Source: Planctomycetota bacterium (GTDB lineage: Bacteria; Planctomycetota; B15-G4). Taken from it: a DNA stretch of 64,000 nt. The DNA lies in contig CBDFJQ010000002.1 of NCBI GenBank assembly GCA_965248575.1, positions 64,001 to 128,000 of the forward strand. Direction: 5' to 3'. Below, piece after piece: positions 55,923-64,000 of the stretch. The position numbers were made by a program, and so were the translations under genes. The notes beneath the pieces were generated by a model, which was given only the letters and a program-made list of their open reading frames with translations, did not search any database and had not been told where the DNA came from. Within the stretch, counting starts at the first letter, position 1; each line of letters starts with the position of its first letter.

Positions 55923-56432
55923 ATGCCGGGCCCCTCCGATCCACCTCTCGCTCGCGACCACGCTAGCCCCGTGCGTCCTACCACCGTTGTCAGCGGCACG
56001 CGCGTCGTGTGGATCGTGGCGGTAGGCATCGCCTCCATCCTGATCTTCATCGAGTTGATGGGCTTCCGGGACCTCGTGCCCCCTCGTTCGCAGACCCGTG
56101 CGGCCATGAAGGAACTCAAGGCCGCGCTGCTCAGCCACGCGGCGGAGAATGGGGCGTTGCCCGCGAGCCTCGAGCAGTTGCGCGACTTTGCGGCGACGGA
56201 ACACCCCTTCGTCGACGGTTGGCAGATCCCCATCGCCTTCCGGGTGGAGGGCGATCGCGTGCTCTTCCAGAGCCTGGGTGGCGATGAGCATGTCGGCGGG
56301 CTCGGGCAAGACATGGATCTGGTGGGGGTCTTCGCCCTGCACGACGCACAGGGTGCGTGGTCAGCACCGGACGTCCCTTGGTTGGTTGACCCCGTCGACC
56401 CGGCTCAAGCCTTCTTCGAGCAGGACCCCTGA
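55923..56432 (+). CDS. GspG/pseudopilin-like C-terminal domain protein
   Basis: Single TM then LPASL..L, DGWQ.P..F, SLGGD..VGGLGQDMD; no class III G|F cleavage motif. Confidence 0.6.
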   Translation: MPGPSDPPLARDHASPVRPTTVVSGTRVVWIVAVGIASILIFIELMGFRDLVPPRSQTRAAMKELKAALLSHAAENGALPASLEQLRDFAATEHPFVDGWQIPIAFRVEGDRVLFQSLGGDEHVGGLGQDMDLVGVFALHDAQGAWSAPDVPWLVDPVDPAQAFFEQDP

Positions 56433-56560
56433 TGCAGCAGGAACAGCTCCGGGCGCGCCTCCCTGCCTCCGCCCGCACACGCCCGCACCTTCGAGATGTT
56501 GCGTGAGGCGCGCCCCGACGTCCTGGCCATGGACCTGCTCCCCCGCGCAGAATCCTCCGC

Positions 56561-58045
56561 TTGAGAGAGCAACTTGCACAGCTGGCCAACGGGACGCATT
56601 CTACAAACGGCACCCTGCGGCGCCTTCCCGGAGAAAAACCCGTGTCCCTGACGAATCGAGTGCGACGTGCCGGAGGCCTAGGAGGCTGGCTTGTCTTGCT
56701 GGGCGTCTTCTTCGCTGCCTGCGCTCCGGAGCCGGCGCCTCTCCAGCCCGACATCGTGTTGGTGACGCTCGACACCTTCCGGCGCGATCACATGGGCCTG
56801 TACCGGGGCGCCAAGGTGGGACAGAGCGAGGGGCAGCTGGGGGCCTCGCTCACCCCCGCCTTGGATGCCTTCGCGACCGACGCGCGTGTCTTCGATGCGG
56901 CCTACACCACCGCCCCAACCACGGCGCCGGCGCATGTCTCCATGTTCACGGGCTTGCACCCGCACGAACACGGTGTGCGCCGGAATGGCGACAAGGTTCA
57001 GTCCGAGTCGGTGCGTGCGTCGGGCCTGCCGCGCCGCCTGAGCGAGGCCGGGTACCTCACGGCTGCCTTCGTGAGCGTGCAGGTGCTGGATGAGTTCGCC
57101 GGTCTCGATGGCTTCGGGACCTACGATTTGCCGCCCACCTTCATCCGCCCAGGTTTGAACACGGTGGGCTGGGCGCTGAAATGGTGGCGCAGCGCTGGCG
57201 AGGGGCCTCGCTTCCTGTGGGTCCATCTCTTCGACGCCCACTCGCCGTACGGCCGTTGGTCCGAGGCGGCCAAGCACAACCCCGAGTATCTGAACCAGCA
57301 CGGTTGGGTGGGAGAGCGGGTGTTGGGCGATCTGGAACTGCAGGCGCAGCACGTGGCGGCTTACGCAGGCGGTATCCAGGAAGTGGACGCTGCCTTCGCC
57401 AGCTTGCTCGGCGGGTTGGAACGAAGTCTCGGCGAGGAGCCCGGACCGCTCGTATGCGTGGTGGCCGACCACGGGGAGGTCTTGGACGAGCTCTTGGCTG
57501 AGACGGGCTTCGGCTTCGGGCACGGCGGGGGTTTGGGCGAGGCGGTGCTGGCGGTACCGCTCGTCTTGAAGCAGCTGGGTGCAGGCGGGCGGGACTCGGA
57601 GCTGGCTCGAACCGGTCGCGTGGCGGAGACGGCCTCGGTGCGGGACATCTACCCCACCCTCCTGGAAGCCGCGGGCTTGCGAGATGAAGGTGTCGGCAGC
57701 GAGTCGCGCTTCAACTTGCTGAAGCCGCTACCGGCCGGGCGCCCGGTGCTGGCACAGCGCAGACACATGACGCGTCAGGAGCAGCGCCTCGTAGGGATCA
57801 CACCGGCGCGACAACAGGTTCTGGATGCCAATGTGGTGGCCTCCGCGCTGGGCCAGCAGCTCATGGTCCTGGGTGAAGACGGAACTCCCTTGGACGAGGA
57901 TCCCGGTTCAGGTGCGACGAGTGGCGGGCCGCTCTGGGCGGCCGCGCGCGCCCATCTCGCCGAAGTGCTCGGCGTGCCGCTCGAAGAGCAAGACCTCAGC
58001 GACGAACAGCGCGAAGTGCTGAAGGCCTTGGGATACACCCGCTGA
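56561..58045 (+). CDS. Sulfatase-like hydrolase/transferase (Thr-type), probably a lipoprotein
   Basis: DIVLVTLDTFRRDH, TTAPAHVSMFTG, FLWVHLFDAHSPY, VADHGE, LKALGY end; true start likely downstream. Confidence 0.8.
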   Translation: MREQLAQLANGTHSTNGTLRRLPGEKPVSLTNRVRRAGGLGGWLVLLGVFFAACAPEPAPLQPDIVLVTLDTFRRDHMGLYRGAKVGQSEGQLGASLTPALDAFATDARVFDAAYTTAPTTAPAHVSMFTGLHPHEHGVRRNGDKVQSESVRASGLPRRLSEAGYLTAAFVSVQVLDEFAGLDGFGTYDLPPTFIRPGLNTVGWALKWWRSAGEGPRFLWVHLFDAHSPYGRWSEAAKHNPEYLNQHGWVGERVLGDLELQAQHVAAYAGGIQEVDAAFASLLGGLERSLGEEPGPLVCVVADHGEVLDELLAETGFGFGHGGGLGEAVLAVPLVLKQLGAGGRDSELARTGRVAETASVRDIYPTLLEAAGLRDEGVGSESRFNLLKPLPAGRPVLAQRRHMTRQEQRLVGITPARQQVLDANVVASALGQQLMVLGEDGTPLDEDPGSGATSGGPLWAAARAHLAEVLGVPLEEQDLSDEQREVLKALGYTR

Positions 58046-58083
58046 CGCCGGAGGCGCCAGTTGGGTGCCCCAATTGGGTGTGC

Positions 58084-59133
58084 TCAGCTCTGCGCTGCTT
58101 CGGCGTGTCGTCGCAACTGGTCGAGGGCATAGAGCCCTTCGCGGGTCAGGTCTTCGTCGCCTATGGAATGTCCGTAGAGCGACAAGGTGCATCCGTAGAT
58201 CAGGGCCTTGAAGCGCGCCATCTGGTGAACCTCGGGGCTCGCGTCCCCGTAGGCCTCGAAGAATGATCGACGCCCCTCGGGCGGCAGGAAGGTGTAGGCG
58301 ATGGACAGGTCGCCGGCAGGCTCACCGAGGTGCGCGTCGCCCCAGTCGATGATGCCACTGAGGCGTGGGCGCCGGGCAGACGAGGGGGGCTGCGCGGACG
58401 GTCGTGCGGGATCGAGCAGGAGATGGCGGACGTAGAAGTCGCCGTGGACCAGGCTGCAGCTCCGAGGTTCCCAGTGGCTGGGAAAGTCATCGAGCAAGGC
58501 GAGCCAGGGTGTCGGGTCAGGGATCAGCCCCAAGTCGGCGGCTTTCTTCAGTCGCTCTGCTACACCTGCTCGCCGTCGAGCAACACTCAAGCGTTCGATG
58601 CTGTCCGGGCGCACGCCGCAGCCTTCCCATGCGCCGCTTGGCAGTGCGTGCAGCGTGGAGAGGAATTGGGCGAGGCGCTCGGCGAGGGCGGAGCGTTCTT
58701 CGTCATCGAGTCTCGCGCCACAGGCGGTGGGCCCGGGCAGCATCCGGTAACCAGCGAAGGGCCATGCCGCGTCGGGCTTTCCGTCGGACACCCACTCTGG
58801 AGCCGGGATCTGAAGTGGAAGCAGGGGCGCGATGCGTGGCAGCAGCCGGCTCTCCGTGTTCAGGAAGGAGACGGCGAGTTGGCGGCGTGGGAAGCGGAAG
58901 ACCCAGGTCTTCTCCACCAACCAGGCTGTGTTGTCCCAACCGGCCCCGAAGGGTTCCAGGTCGGTGGGGCTCAGGTGGCCGAAGGCCTGCGGAAAGGCTT
59001 CGCGGAGGAGGCGAGCGGCCGTGGGGGCATCCACCTCTCGTTCAGCGAGCCAGGGTTCGACGGGGCTGGGCTGTCCGGGTGTCGGTGGCGCCCCTGGGAA
59101 GCTGCCGTCGTCTTGGGGAGGGGTGCCGCTCAT
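58084..59133 (-). CDS. APH-family phosphotransferase
   Basis: GAGWDN, VFRFPR, LVHGDF..RHLL, GIIDWGD...G.PAGD. Confidence 0.85.
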   Translation of the reverse strand: MSGTPPQDDGSFPGAPPTPGQPSPVEPWLAEREVDAPTAARLLREAFPQAFGHLSPTDLEPFGAGWDNTAWLVEKTWVFRFPRRQLAVSFLNTESRLLPRIAPLLPLQIPAPEWVSDGKPDAAWPFAGYRMLPGPTACGARLDDEERSALAERLAQFLSTLHALPSGAWEGCGVRPDSIERLSVARRRAGVAERLKKAADLGLIPDPTPWLALLDDFPSHWEPRSCSLVHGDFYVRHLLLDPARPSAQPPSSARRPRLSGIIDWGDAHLGEPAGDLSIAYTFLPPEGRRSFFEAYGDASPEVHQMARFKALIYGCTLSLYGHSIGDEDLTREGLYALDQLRRHAEAAQS

Positions 59134-59196
59134 GGCGACGATTGTGGGGCAGTCACCCAGGGCGAAGCGAGCGCCTTCCCGCCTATACTCTCGGGC

Positions 59197-60426
59197 ATGC
59201 TCTTCCGTCGCGTGCTGTGCTTGATGCTCTTTGTGTGGGGAGGCGCCGGCTGCGCGCTGCCCGAGTCCCAGCTCTCCGCGGACCGCGCCCAGCAGCTCGC
59301 GTCGGAAGTCGTGGAGTTGGTGCGCGAGAACTTCTGGGACTCCGTGCGTGGCGAGGCATGGGCCGAAGCCCATGCGGACTACGCGCAACGCATGCCGGAT
59401 GGAGTCGGTTTCGCCGACTGGACGAACCACGTGCTGGCGCGCCTGGAGAGTTCGCACACCGCTTTCTGGACCGTGCGGGACCCACAGCACGCCGGCCTGC
59501 TGGCGATCTTCGGTGAGAGTCTAGGGCTCGAGGTACGCCCGGTGGAGCATCTCGGAGCGGACATCGATGTCCAGGGCGTCGTACGCCGCGTGTTCAGCCC
59601 GGGCCCCGCGCAGGACGCAGGGCTGCGGAGGGGAGAGCGCATCGTGAGCGCCGACGGGGCCGCCTTCCACCCTCGGGTCTCCCTACGGGGTCGCGCCGAA
59701 TCACCGATGCGTTTCACGGTGCAGAGGGCGGGGGGTGTCCTGCGGGAGGTGGTGATGGCGCCCCGGCGGGACCTGCTGAAGGACGTGTGGCGTGCTTCCG
59801 TGGAGCAGGGCGTGCGTCTCATCGAGCAAGGGGAGTTCCGTGTGGCCTATGTGCCCGTGCATTCTTGTGCTGGTGTCGAGGTGGTGGACGCCCTGCGGGG
59901 CGTGATCACCGGAGCGGGCCGCAGCGCGGACGCGTTGATCGTCGATCTGCGGGGCGGCTTCGGTGGGTGCACTCCTGACTTCGTGAGCCTGTTCGACGTC
60001 GCGGTGCCTGCGGTGGAGTTCGTGGAGCGGGATGGTACGCGCATCCTGTTCGATGAGATCTGGCGTCGGCCGATGGTGGTGCTCATTGACGGGGGTTCTT
60101 CGAGTGGCAAGGAGCTGGTGGCGCACGCCGTCAAGCGCCACGCCCTGGGAACCTTGGTGGGGCAGCGGACCGCGGGAGCGGTGCTGGGTGGCCGCCTGTT
60201 CCCCATCAGTGACGGCTCGCTGCTGTACCTGGCCGTGGTGGATGTGTTCGTGGACGGCGAACGCCTGGAAGGGGTCGGGGTCGCGCCGGACGTGCAAGTT
60301 GCCGACGCGCCCGAGGGCAGCACTGGCTGGGACCCGCAGCTGGACGAGGCTCTCGCCCAGGCCGTGCGCCTGGCACGCGCCGTGCCGCGCACCGAACCGC
60401 CTTCAGCGGCAGGGGACGAACGATGA
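59197..60426 (+). CDS. S41 family peptidase with PDZ domain, exported
   Basis: Signal/lipobox; SHT, GPAQDAGLRRG, IVDLRGGFGG, SSSGKE, VG.RTAGA, LEGVGVAPD. Confidence 0.85.
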   Translation: MLFRRVLCLMLFVWGGAGCALPESQLSADRAQQLASEVVELVRENFWDSVRGEAWAEAHADYAQRMPDGVGFADWTNHVLARLESSHTAFWTVRDPQHAGLLAIFGESLGLEVRPVEHLGADIDVQGVVRRVFSPGPAQDAGLRRGERIVSADGAAFHPRVSLRGRAESPMRFTVQRAGGVLREVVMAPRRDLLKDVWRASVEQGVRLIEQGEFRVAYVPVHSCAGVEVVDALRGVITGAGRSADALIVDLRGGFGGCTPDFVSLFDVAVPAVEFVERDGTRILFDEIWRRPMVVLIDGGSSSGKELVAHAVKRHALGTLVGQRTAGAVLGGRLFPISDGSLLYLAVVDVFVDGERLEGVGVAPDVQVADAPEGSTGWDPQLDEALAQAVRLARAVPRTEPPSAAGDER

Positions 60427-61004
60427 TGCGGGACCCCGAGGGCCGCCGGCTCCAGCCTCCGGACAACGGGGGCTGGCTCCTGCGCAGTAGCCGCAAACTG
60501 TTCGAGAGCCCTTGGTATGCGGTCCAGCAGGACGAGCTCACGCTGCCATCGGGCGAGGAGATCACCTACACGCGCATCGTGCACCCTGGCTACGCGATGG
60601 TGGTGCCGGTGTTCGACGACGGCCAGGTGCTCATGGAGCGCATCTACCGGCATACCTTGCAGGGCAGCACGCTGGAGTGCCCCTCCGGTGGCTTGGATGG
60701 CGAGCCGCCCGAGGTGGCGGCACGGCGGGAGCTGGAGGAAGAGACGGGGCACCGAGCCGCGCGGTGGGAGCACCTGGGCGTCTTCCAGGGCAGCAGCGGC
60801 ATCAGCGACGAGCACTACCATCTGTTCCTGGCCACCGGGCTCACGAACGACGGGCGCATGGCGCGCGAATGCACGGAGTCCATGGAATTGCTGATGCGTC
60901 CCTTGGCCGAACTCCGTGCCGCCGTCTTGGCGGGCGAGCTCCAGGACGGGCCCAGCGCGCTTGGGATTCTCTTGGCCTGGGAGCGCCGGCCAGGGCAGGG
61001 CTAG
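60423..61004 (+). CDS. NUDIX hydrolase (ADP-ribose pyrophosphatase-like)
   Basis: HPG, YRH, LECPSGGLD.EPPEVAARRELEEETG. Confidence 0.88.
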   Translation: MMRDPEGRRLQPPDNGGWLLRSSRKLFESPWYAVQQDELTLPSGEEITYTRIVHPGYAMVVPVFDDGQVLMERIYRHTLQGSTLECPSGGLDGEPPEVAARRELEEETGHRAARWEHLGVFQGSSGISDEHYHLFLATGLTNDGRMARECTESMELLMRPLAELRAAVLAGELQDGPSALGILLAWERRPGQG

Positions 61005-61157
61005 GCCAGCGAAGGTCGACCGAGACGCTCGCTTCTGCGACGGGCAGCGAGGATTCTCGGCGGAAGCCACACGAAATGACGGCAGCAGCCCGCTATGGTT
61101 TGGTCTCAACACACTCGCTTTTGGCGGAGCGGGCTCATCTCGGGGCGGGACCACACC

Positions 61158-61373
61158 ATGCAGTTGAAGCTGAAGCGAGCGGAACGAAGCCGTCATCTCG
61201 CGTTGTTCCTGCTGGTGATGTTGCTACCGGCCGTGACGCTCTACTCCCAGATCGTGGGGAATGGTACGTCGCTCTTTGGTGGGCTGTACTTGCTCGTGAC
61301 CCTGTGCGTGCTGGCCAGCGGTCGCGGAGCGAGCCTCAGGGCCGAACGGTCTCTTCGAACGCGAGACGCGTGA
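61158..61373 (+). CDS. Possible small two-TM membrane protein
   Basis: 71 aa, two hydrophobic helices; overlaps the convergent gene end by 38 bp. Confidence 0.4.
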   Translation: MQLKLKRAERSRHLALFLLVMLLPAVTLYSQIVGNGTSLFGGLYLLVTLCVLASGRGASLRAERSLRTRDA

Positions 61374-62331
61374 AGTTCAGGGTCCAGGGCGGGGTGACGG
61401 CCTCGCCGTCGATCTCGGCATAGGGGTAGATGAAGAAGTTCAACGCCGGTCCCGATTGCGGCGGCTCGAGGATCAGGTCGCGCCCCGTGGTGAAGGCGAC
61501 TCGGTCGCTCGGGAGATGGCCGTAGAAGGCGTCAGGTGTTCCGGCCTTCGAAGCCTCGCTCGCGTCGACGGGTGTCCACCCCGCTTGGGGGTCATAGGCG
61601 GCGCTCCAGCAGTGGTAGCCACCGATGCTGCCGCTCTCCCGATCTGCGGGGATGGGGTAGCCCATGGTGAAGCGTGCGGCGATGTCATGGCTGCGGGTGA
61701 GGCCCATGAAGAGCGAGTGGAAGTCCGTGCAGTTCCCGGCCTTCACGTCCAAGGCTCGTAGGGCATTGCCCTGGCCCCAGCCAGGAGTGCTCTTGTCGTA
61801 GCGCATGGAGCCCACGACAAAGTCATAGGCGGCGCGGATGCGCTGAGCGTCCGTGGACTGCCCTTGCATGACCTGCTCGCTGGTCGTGGCGATGGCGCCC
61901 GACAGGGGGATCTGGGCATCGCTGCCCAGGTCTTCGGGGCGGCGACCGGCCTCTGAAGAAGCGACCCCCTCAGGCATGCGTCGGATGCGGAATCGGACCA
62001 GTAACTCTGCGCCCGCAGGCTCTGCGCCAGTCTTGCCGGCGCGGCTGGGTCGCTCCAGGTAGACGAACTGATTGCCTGCTGGGTCCGTTGTTTCCCGCGT
62101 GAGCCAGGGTGTCACGACCTCGTAGGACAAGACCTGCTGCACCTCGTTCTCGACGGGCTTGGGGAGCCAAAGCCGGACGTCGTCGGTGTCCGCTTCCTGC
62201 AGCTCCGTGAGATCGACCCGCATCTCGAAGTCGTAGTGCGCCGTGTGTTGCCAGCGGTCGTAGCGGGGGCCGCTGCAGGAGACGGCGCAAGCGCCGAGCA
62301 GGAGCAGCCAACAGATCAGGGCAGTCTTCAT
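61336..62331 (-). CDS. Transglutaminase-like lipoprotein
   Basis: Signal with Cys; GNCTDFHSLF (Cys), GYHCW (His), VDAS (Asp). Confidence 0.85.
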   Translation of the reverse strand: MKTALICWLLLLGACAVSCSGPRYDRWQHTAHYDFEMRVDLTELQEADTDDVRLWLPKPVENEVQQVLSYEVVTPWLTRETTDPAGNQFVYLERPSRAGKTGAEPAGAELLVRFRIRRMPEGVASSEAGRRPEDLGSDAQIPLSGAIATTSEQVMQGQSTDAQRIRAAYDFVVGSMRYDKSTPGWGQGNALRALDVKAGNCTDFHSLFMGLTRSHDIAARFTMGYPIPADRESGSIGGYHCWSAAYDPQAGWTPVDASEASKAGTPDAFYGHLPSDRVAFTTGRDLILEPPQSGPALNFFIYPYAEIDGEAVTPPWTLNFTRLAFEETVRP

Positions 62332-62373
62332 GGGAGGGCAAGCTCCCAGGATCTGTGAGAGCTACGGCGGGGG

Positions 62374-63183
62374 CTAGAGATCGCGGGTCTGGTAGTCGCG
62401 AAAAGCGAAGAAGGTGCTGACGACCGCCAGCGACAGGAGAACTCCCAGTCCAATCAGGGGAGAGCCATCTTCGAGAATGCTCGCCATTGGGTCGAAGTAG
62501 TGGAAAGGAGTCAACCACTTCATGGGATCGAGCTGTGAGACGACCTTCGAAAGGGTGTCCAGCACATAGGTGACGAGCAGGGTCGCGAGCACCTGGGTCA
62601 CTGCAGTACCGCGTCGTTGGGCGCGGACCGAGACCAGCAGCGTGAACCCACCGACGGCGAGCAGCAGGGAGGACATGAGGCACGCGGCGAGCACGTAACT
62701 GGTCCAGGGCAGCTCGCTGGGCACATCGACCAGTTGCAAGCCAGCGGCACATCCGGTCAGCAGGCTGAGGGGAAGCAGGATAGCCACCACGGCGACGGCC
62801 CAAGCGCTCGCTGCCAGATGTTGTCGACGGGAGAGGGGCCGGGCGAGGAGCAGGTCCCGCAGCCCCGTGTCCCGTTCGCCGGCCGTCGACGACGCGAGCA
62901 GCACGACGACGCCGGAGCAGGCGACGAGCGAGGCCGGGTGCATGAAGCCGAACGCCACGAAAGCAGGGAAGGTCCGGGCCGCGAGCTGGCTGTTGACGAT
63001 GTCGTGCAGGATCTGGGGAAGGGAGTTCAGGAAGTCCTGGATCCCCGGCCCGGCATCAAAGGCCTCGCCGAGGTGGATGATCAGCAGCTGGAAGCCGACG
63101 AGGAAGAGCATGAGGCTGCCGACGAGCCAGCGCGCATGGCGCAGATGCCGCTTCAGAAGCACGAAGGTCATGGAGCCGGTCAT
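62374..63183 (-). CDS. ABC-2 type exporter permease
   Basis: 6 TM segments, AGERDTG..DLLLARPLSR, TPFHYF, YQTRDL end. Confidence 0.85.
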   Translation of the reverse strand: MTGSMTFVLLKRHLRHARWLVGSLMLFLVGFQLLIIHLGEAFDAGPGIQDFLNSLPQILHDIVNSQLAARTFPAFVAFGFMHPASLVACSGVVVLLASSTAGERDTGLRDLLLARPLSRRQHLAASAWAVAVVAILLPLSLLTGCAAGLQLVDVPSELPWTSYVLAACLMSSLLLAVGGFTLLVSVRAQRRGTAVTQVLATLLVTYVLDTLSKVVSQLDPMKWLTPFHYFDPMASILEDGSPLIGLGVLLSLAVVSTFFAFRDYQTRDL

Positions 63184-64000
63184 GGCACCGGCCCGGTCGT
63201 CGCAGGGGCTTCATCTGGACTGACGTAGTGGTGCAGGAAGGCCTCATCCAGGTCGGGTTCGGGGAAGCTCATGGACTCAACCGCATGGCGTGCCAGGACG
63301 GCGAGCAAGGGGTCGAGGGCACCGGTGACAGCGAGCACCACGTGGGGGCCATCGCTCTCCAGGATCGCGCTGCAGACAGGCGCGAGCTCGGTCAAGGGAG
63401 CGGCGCGCTTGAAGCGCACCACCATGCGTCGCGTGAGGGATTGCCGCAGGCTCTCTGTCGACTCCATCGTGACCAGGCGACCCTTGCGCACGATGGCGAC
63501 GCGGCTGCAACTGCGGTCGACTTCCGAGATGACGTGCGAGGAATGGAACACCGTTCTCCCCTCGGAACCGGCCTCCCGCATGAGTTCGAGGGTTGCTTCG
63601 CGAGCCAGCGGATCGAGGCCGGTGGTGGGCTCATCCAGGATCAGGAGCGCCGGGTCGTGCTGCAGGGCAGCGATCAATCCGACCTTCTGCTTGGTGCCAC
63701 GGGAGTCGTTGCGCAGCAGGCGCGCTTGATCCTCTGCTGTGAGGCGCAGCCGTTCACACAGCTCCTGGCGTCGCTTGGGGTTGGCCGGTGGTGTTCCGGG
63801 CGGGCGCAGGGAATCGAGGAACACCAGCATCTCGTGCGCGCTCAGGCGCTCGTCGAGACTCAGCTCGCCGGGCAGGTAGCCCACGGACCGACGGACGTCC
63901 GGGTCTCGGACCGAGCGACCAAAGAGCTTGGCTTCGCCGCGCGTAGGGCGGATGAGATCCAGGAGCAGACGGATGGTGGTCGTCTTGCCCGCACCATTCG
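63180..64000 (-). CDS. ABC exporter ATP-binding protein (5' end outside window)
   Basis: NGAGKTT at the window edge, GYLPGE, SRGTKQK, LILDEPTTGLDP, SSH. Confidence 0.9.
   Translation of the reverse strand, partial: NGAGKTTTIRLLLDLIRPTRGEAKLFGRSVRDPDVRRSVGYLPGELSLDERLSAHEMLVFLDSLRPPGTPPANPKRRQELCERLRLTAEDQARLLRNDSRGTKQKVGLIAALQHDPALLILDEPTTGLDPLAREATLELMREAGSEGRTVFHSSHVISEVDRSCSRVAIVRKGRLVTMESTESLRQSLTRRMVVRFKRAAPLTELAPVCSAILESDGPHVVLAVTGALDPLLAVLARHAVESMSFPEPDLDEAFLHHYVSPDEAPATTGPVP

Noticed and set aside
56433..56552. Short frame HARTFEMLREARPDVLAMDLLP in the spacer
   Set aside because: Too short, with no convincing start or recognisable family
58084..59133. Aminoglycoside resistance gene call
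   Set aside because: Only generic APH/choline-kinase fold motifs; the substrate cannot be inferred
58330..59196. N-terminal extension making the S41 peptidase 698 aa
   Set aside because: Overlaps the APH gene on the opposite strand; a signal peptide begins at ATG 59197

Overview
High-GC bacterial chromosomal window, densely coding, with no rRNA, tRNA, CRISPR array, integrase or transposase seen. The gene styles (long GreA, FliA/WhiG sigma, insert-bearing LepB, Thr-type sulfatase-like protein, secreted proteins with a C-terminal Q-x-F-x-x-DP...G...SNGL tail) suggest an uncultured Planctomycetota/PVC-type organism (inference only). The first ~33 kb is mostly housekeeping and central metabolism: etfBA, a REC/HD-GYP regulator, lepB-lptB, rph-rdgB-lepA, birA, fliA/whiG, apt, argS, pyrK and an acyl-CoA operon (thiolase, hbd, two acyl-CoA dehydrogenases, meaB, two-subunit B12 mutase with isobutyryl-CoA-mutase residues, small HTH). 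The rest is accessory-type: four DinB-family genes, GNATs, an MBOAT cassette next to an ACP, ArsR-SRPBCC, LOG/SLOG, sulfatase-like, APH, S41, NUDIX, transglutaminase and ABC genes. The best-supported unusual signal is a regulatory module at 13.7-14.9 kb. A sigma-28 (FliA/WhiG) factor with a histone-H1-like basic N-terminal tail is preceded by a near-consensus sigma-28 promoter (suggesting autoregulation) and a c-di-GMP-I (GEMM) riboswitch that abuts its ribosome-binding site. Other notable items are a ~160-nt rod-shaped intergenic RNA candidate, a small lipoprotein with six regularly spaced CC pairs, three unrelated proteins carrying H1-like Lys/Ala tails, and a frameshifted DUF2007-SLOG fusion. 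All family assignments come from motif recognition by eye, not from database searches.
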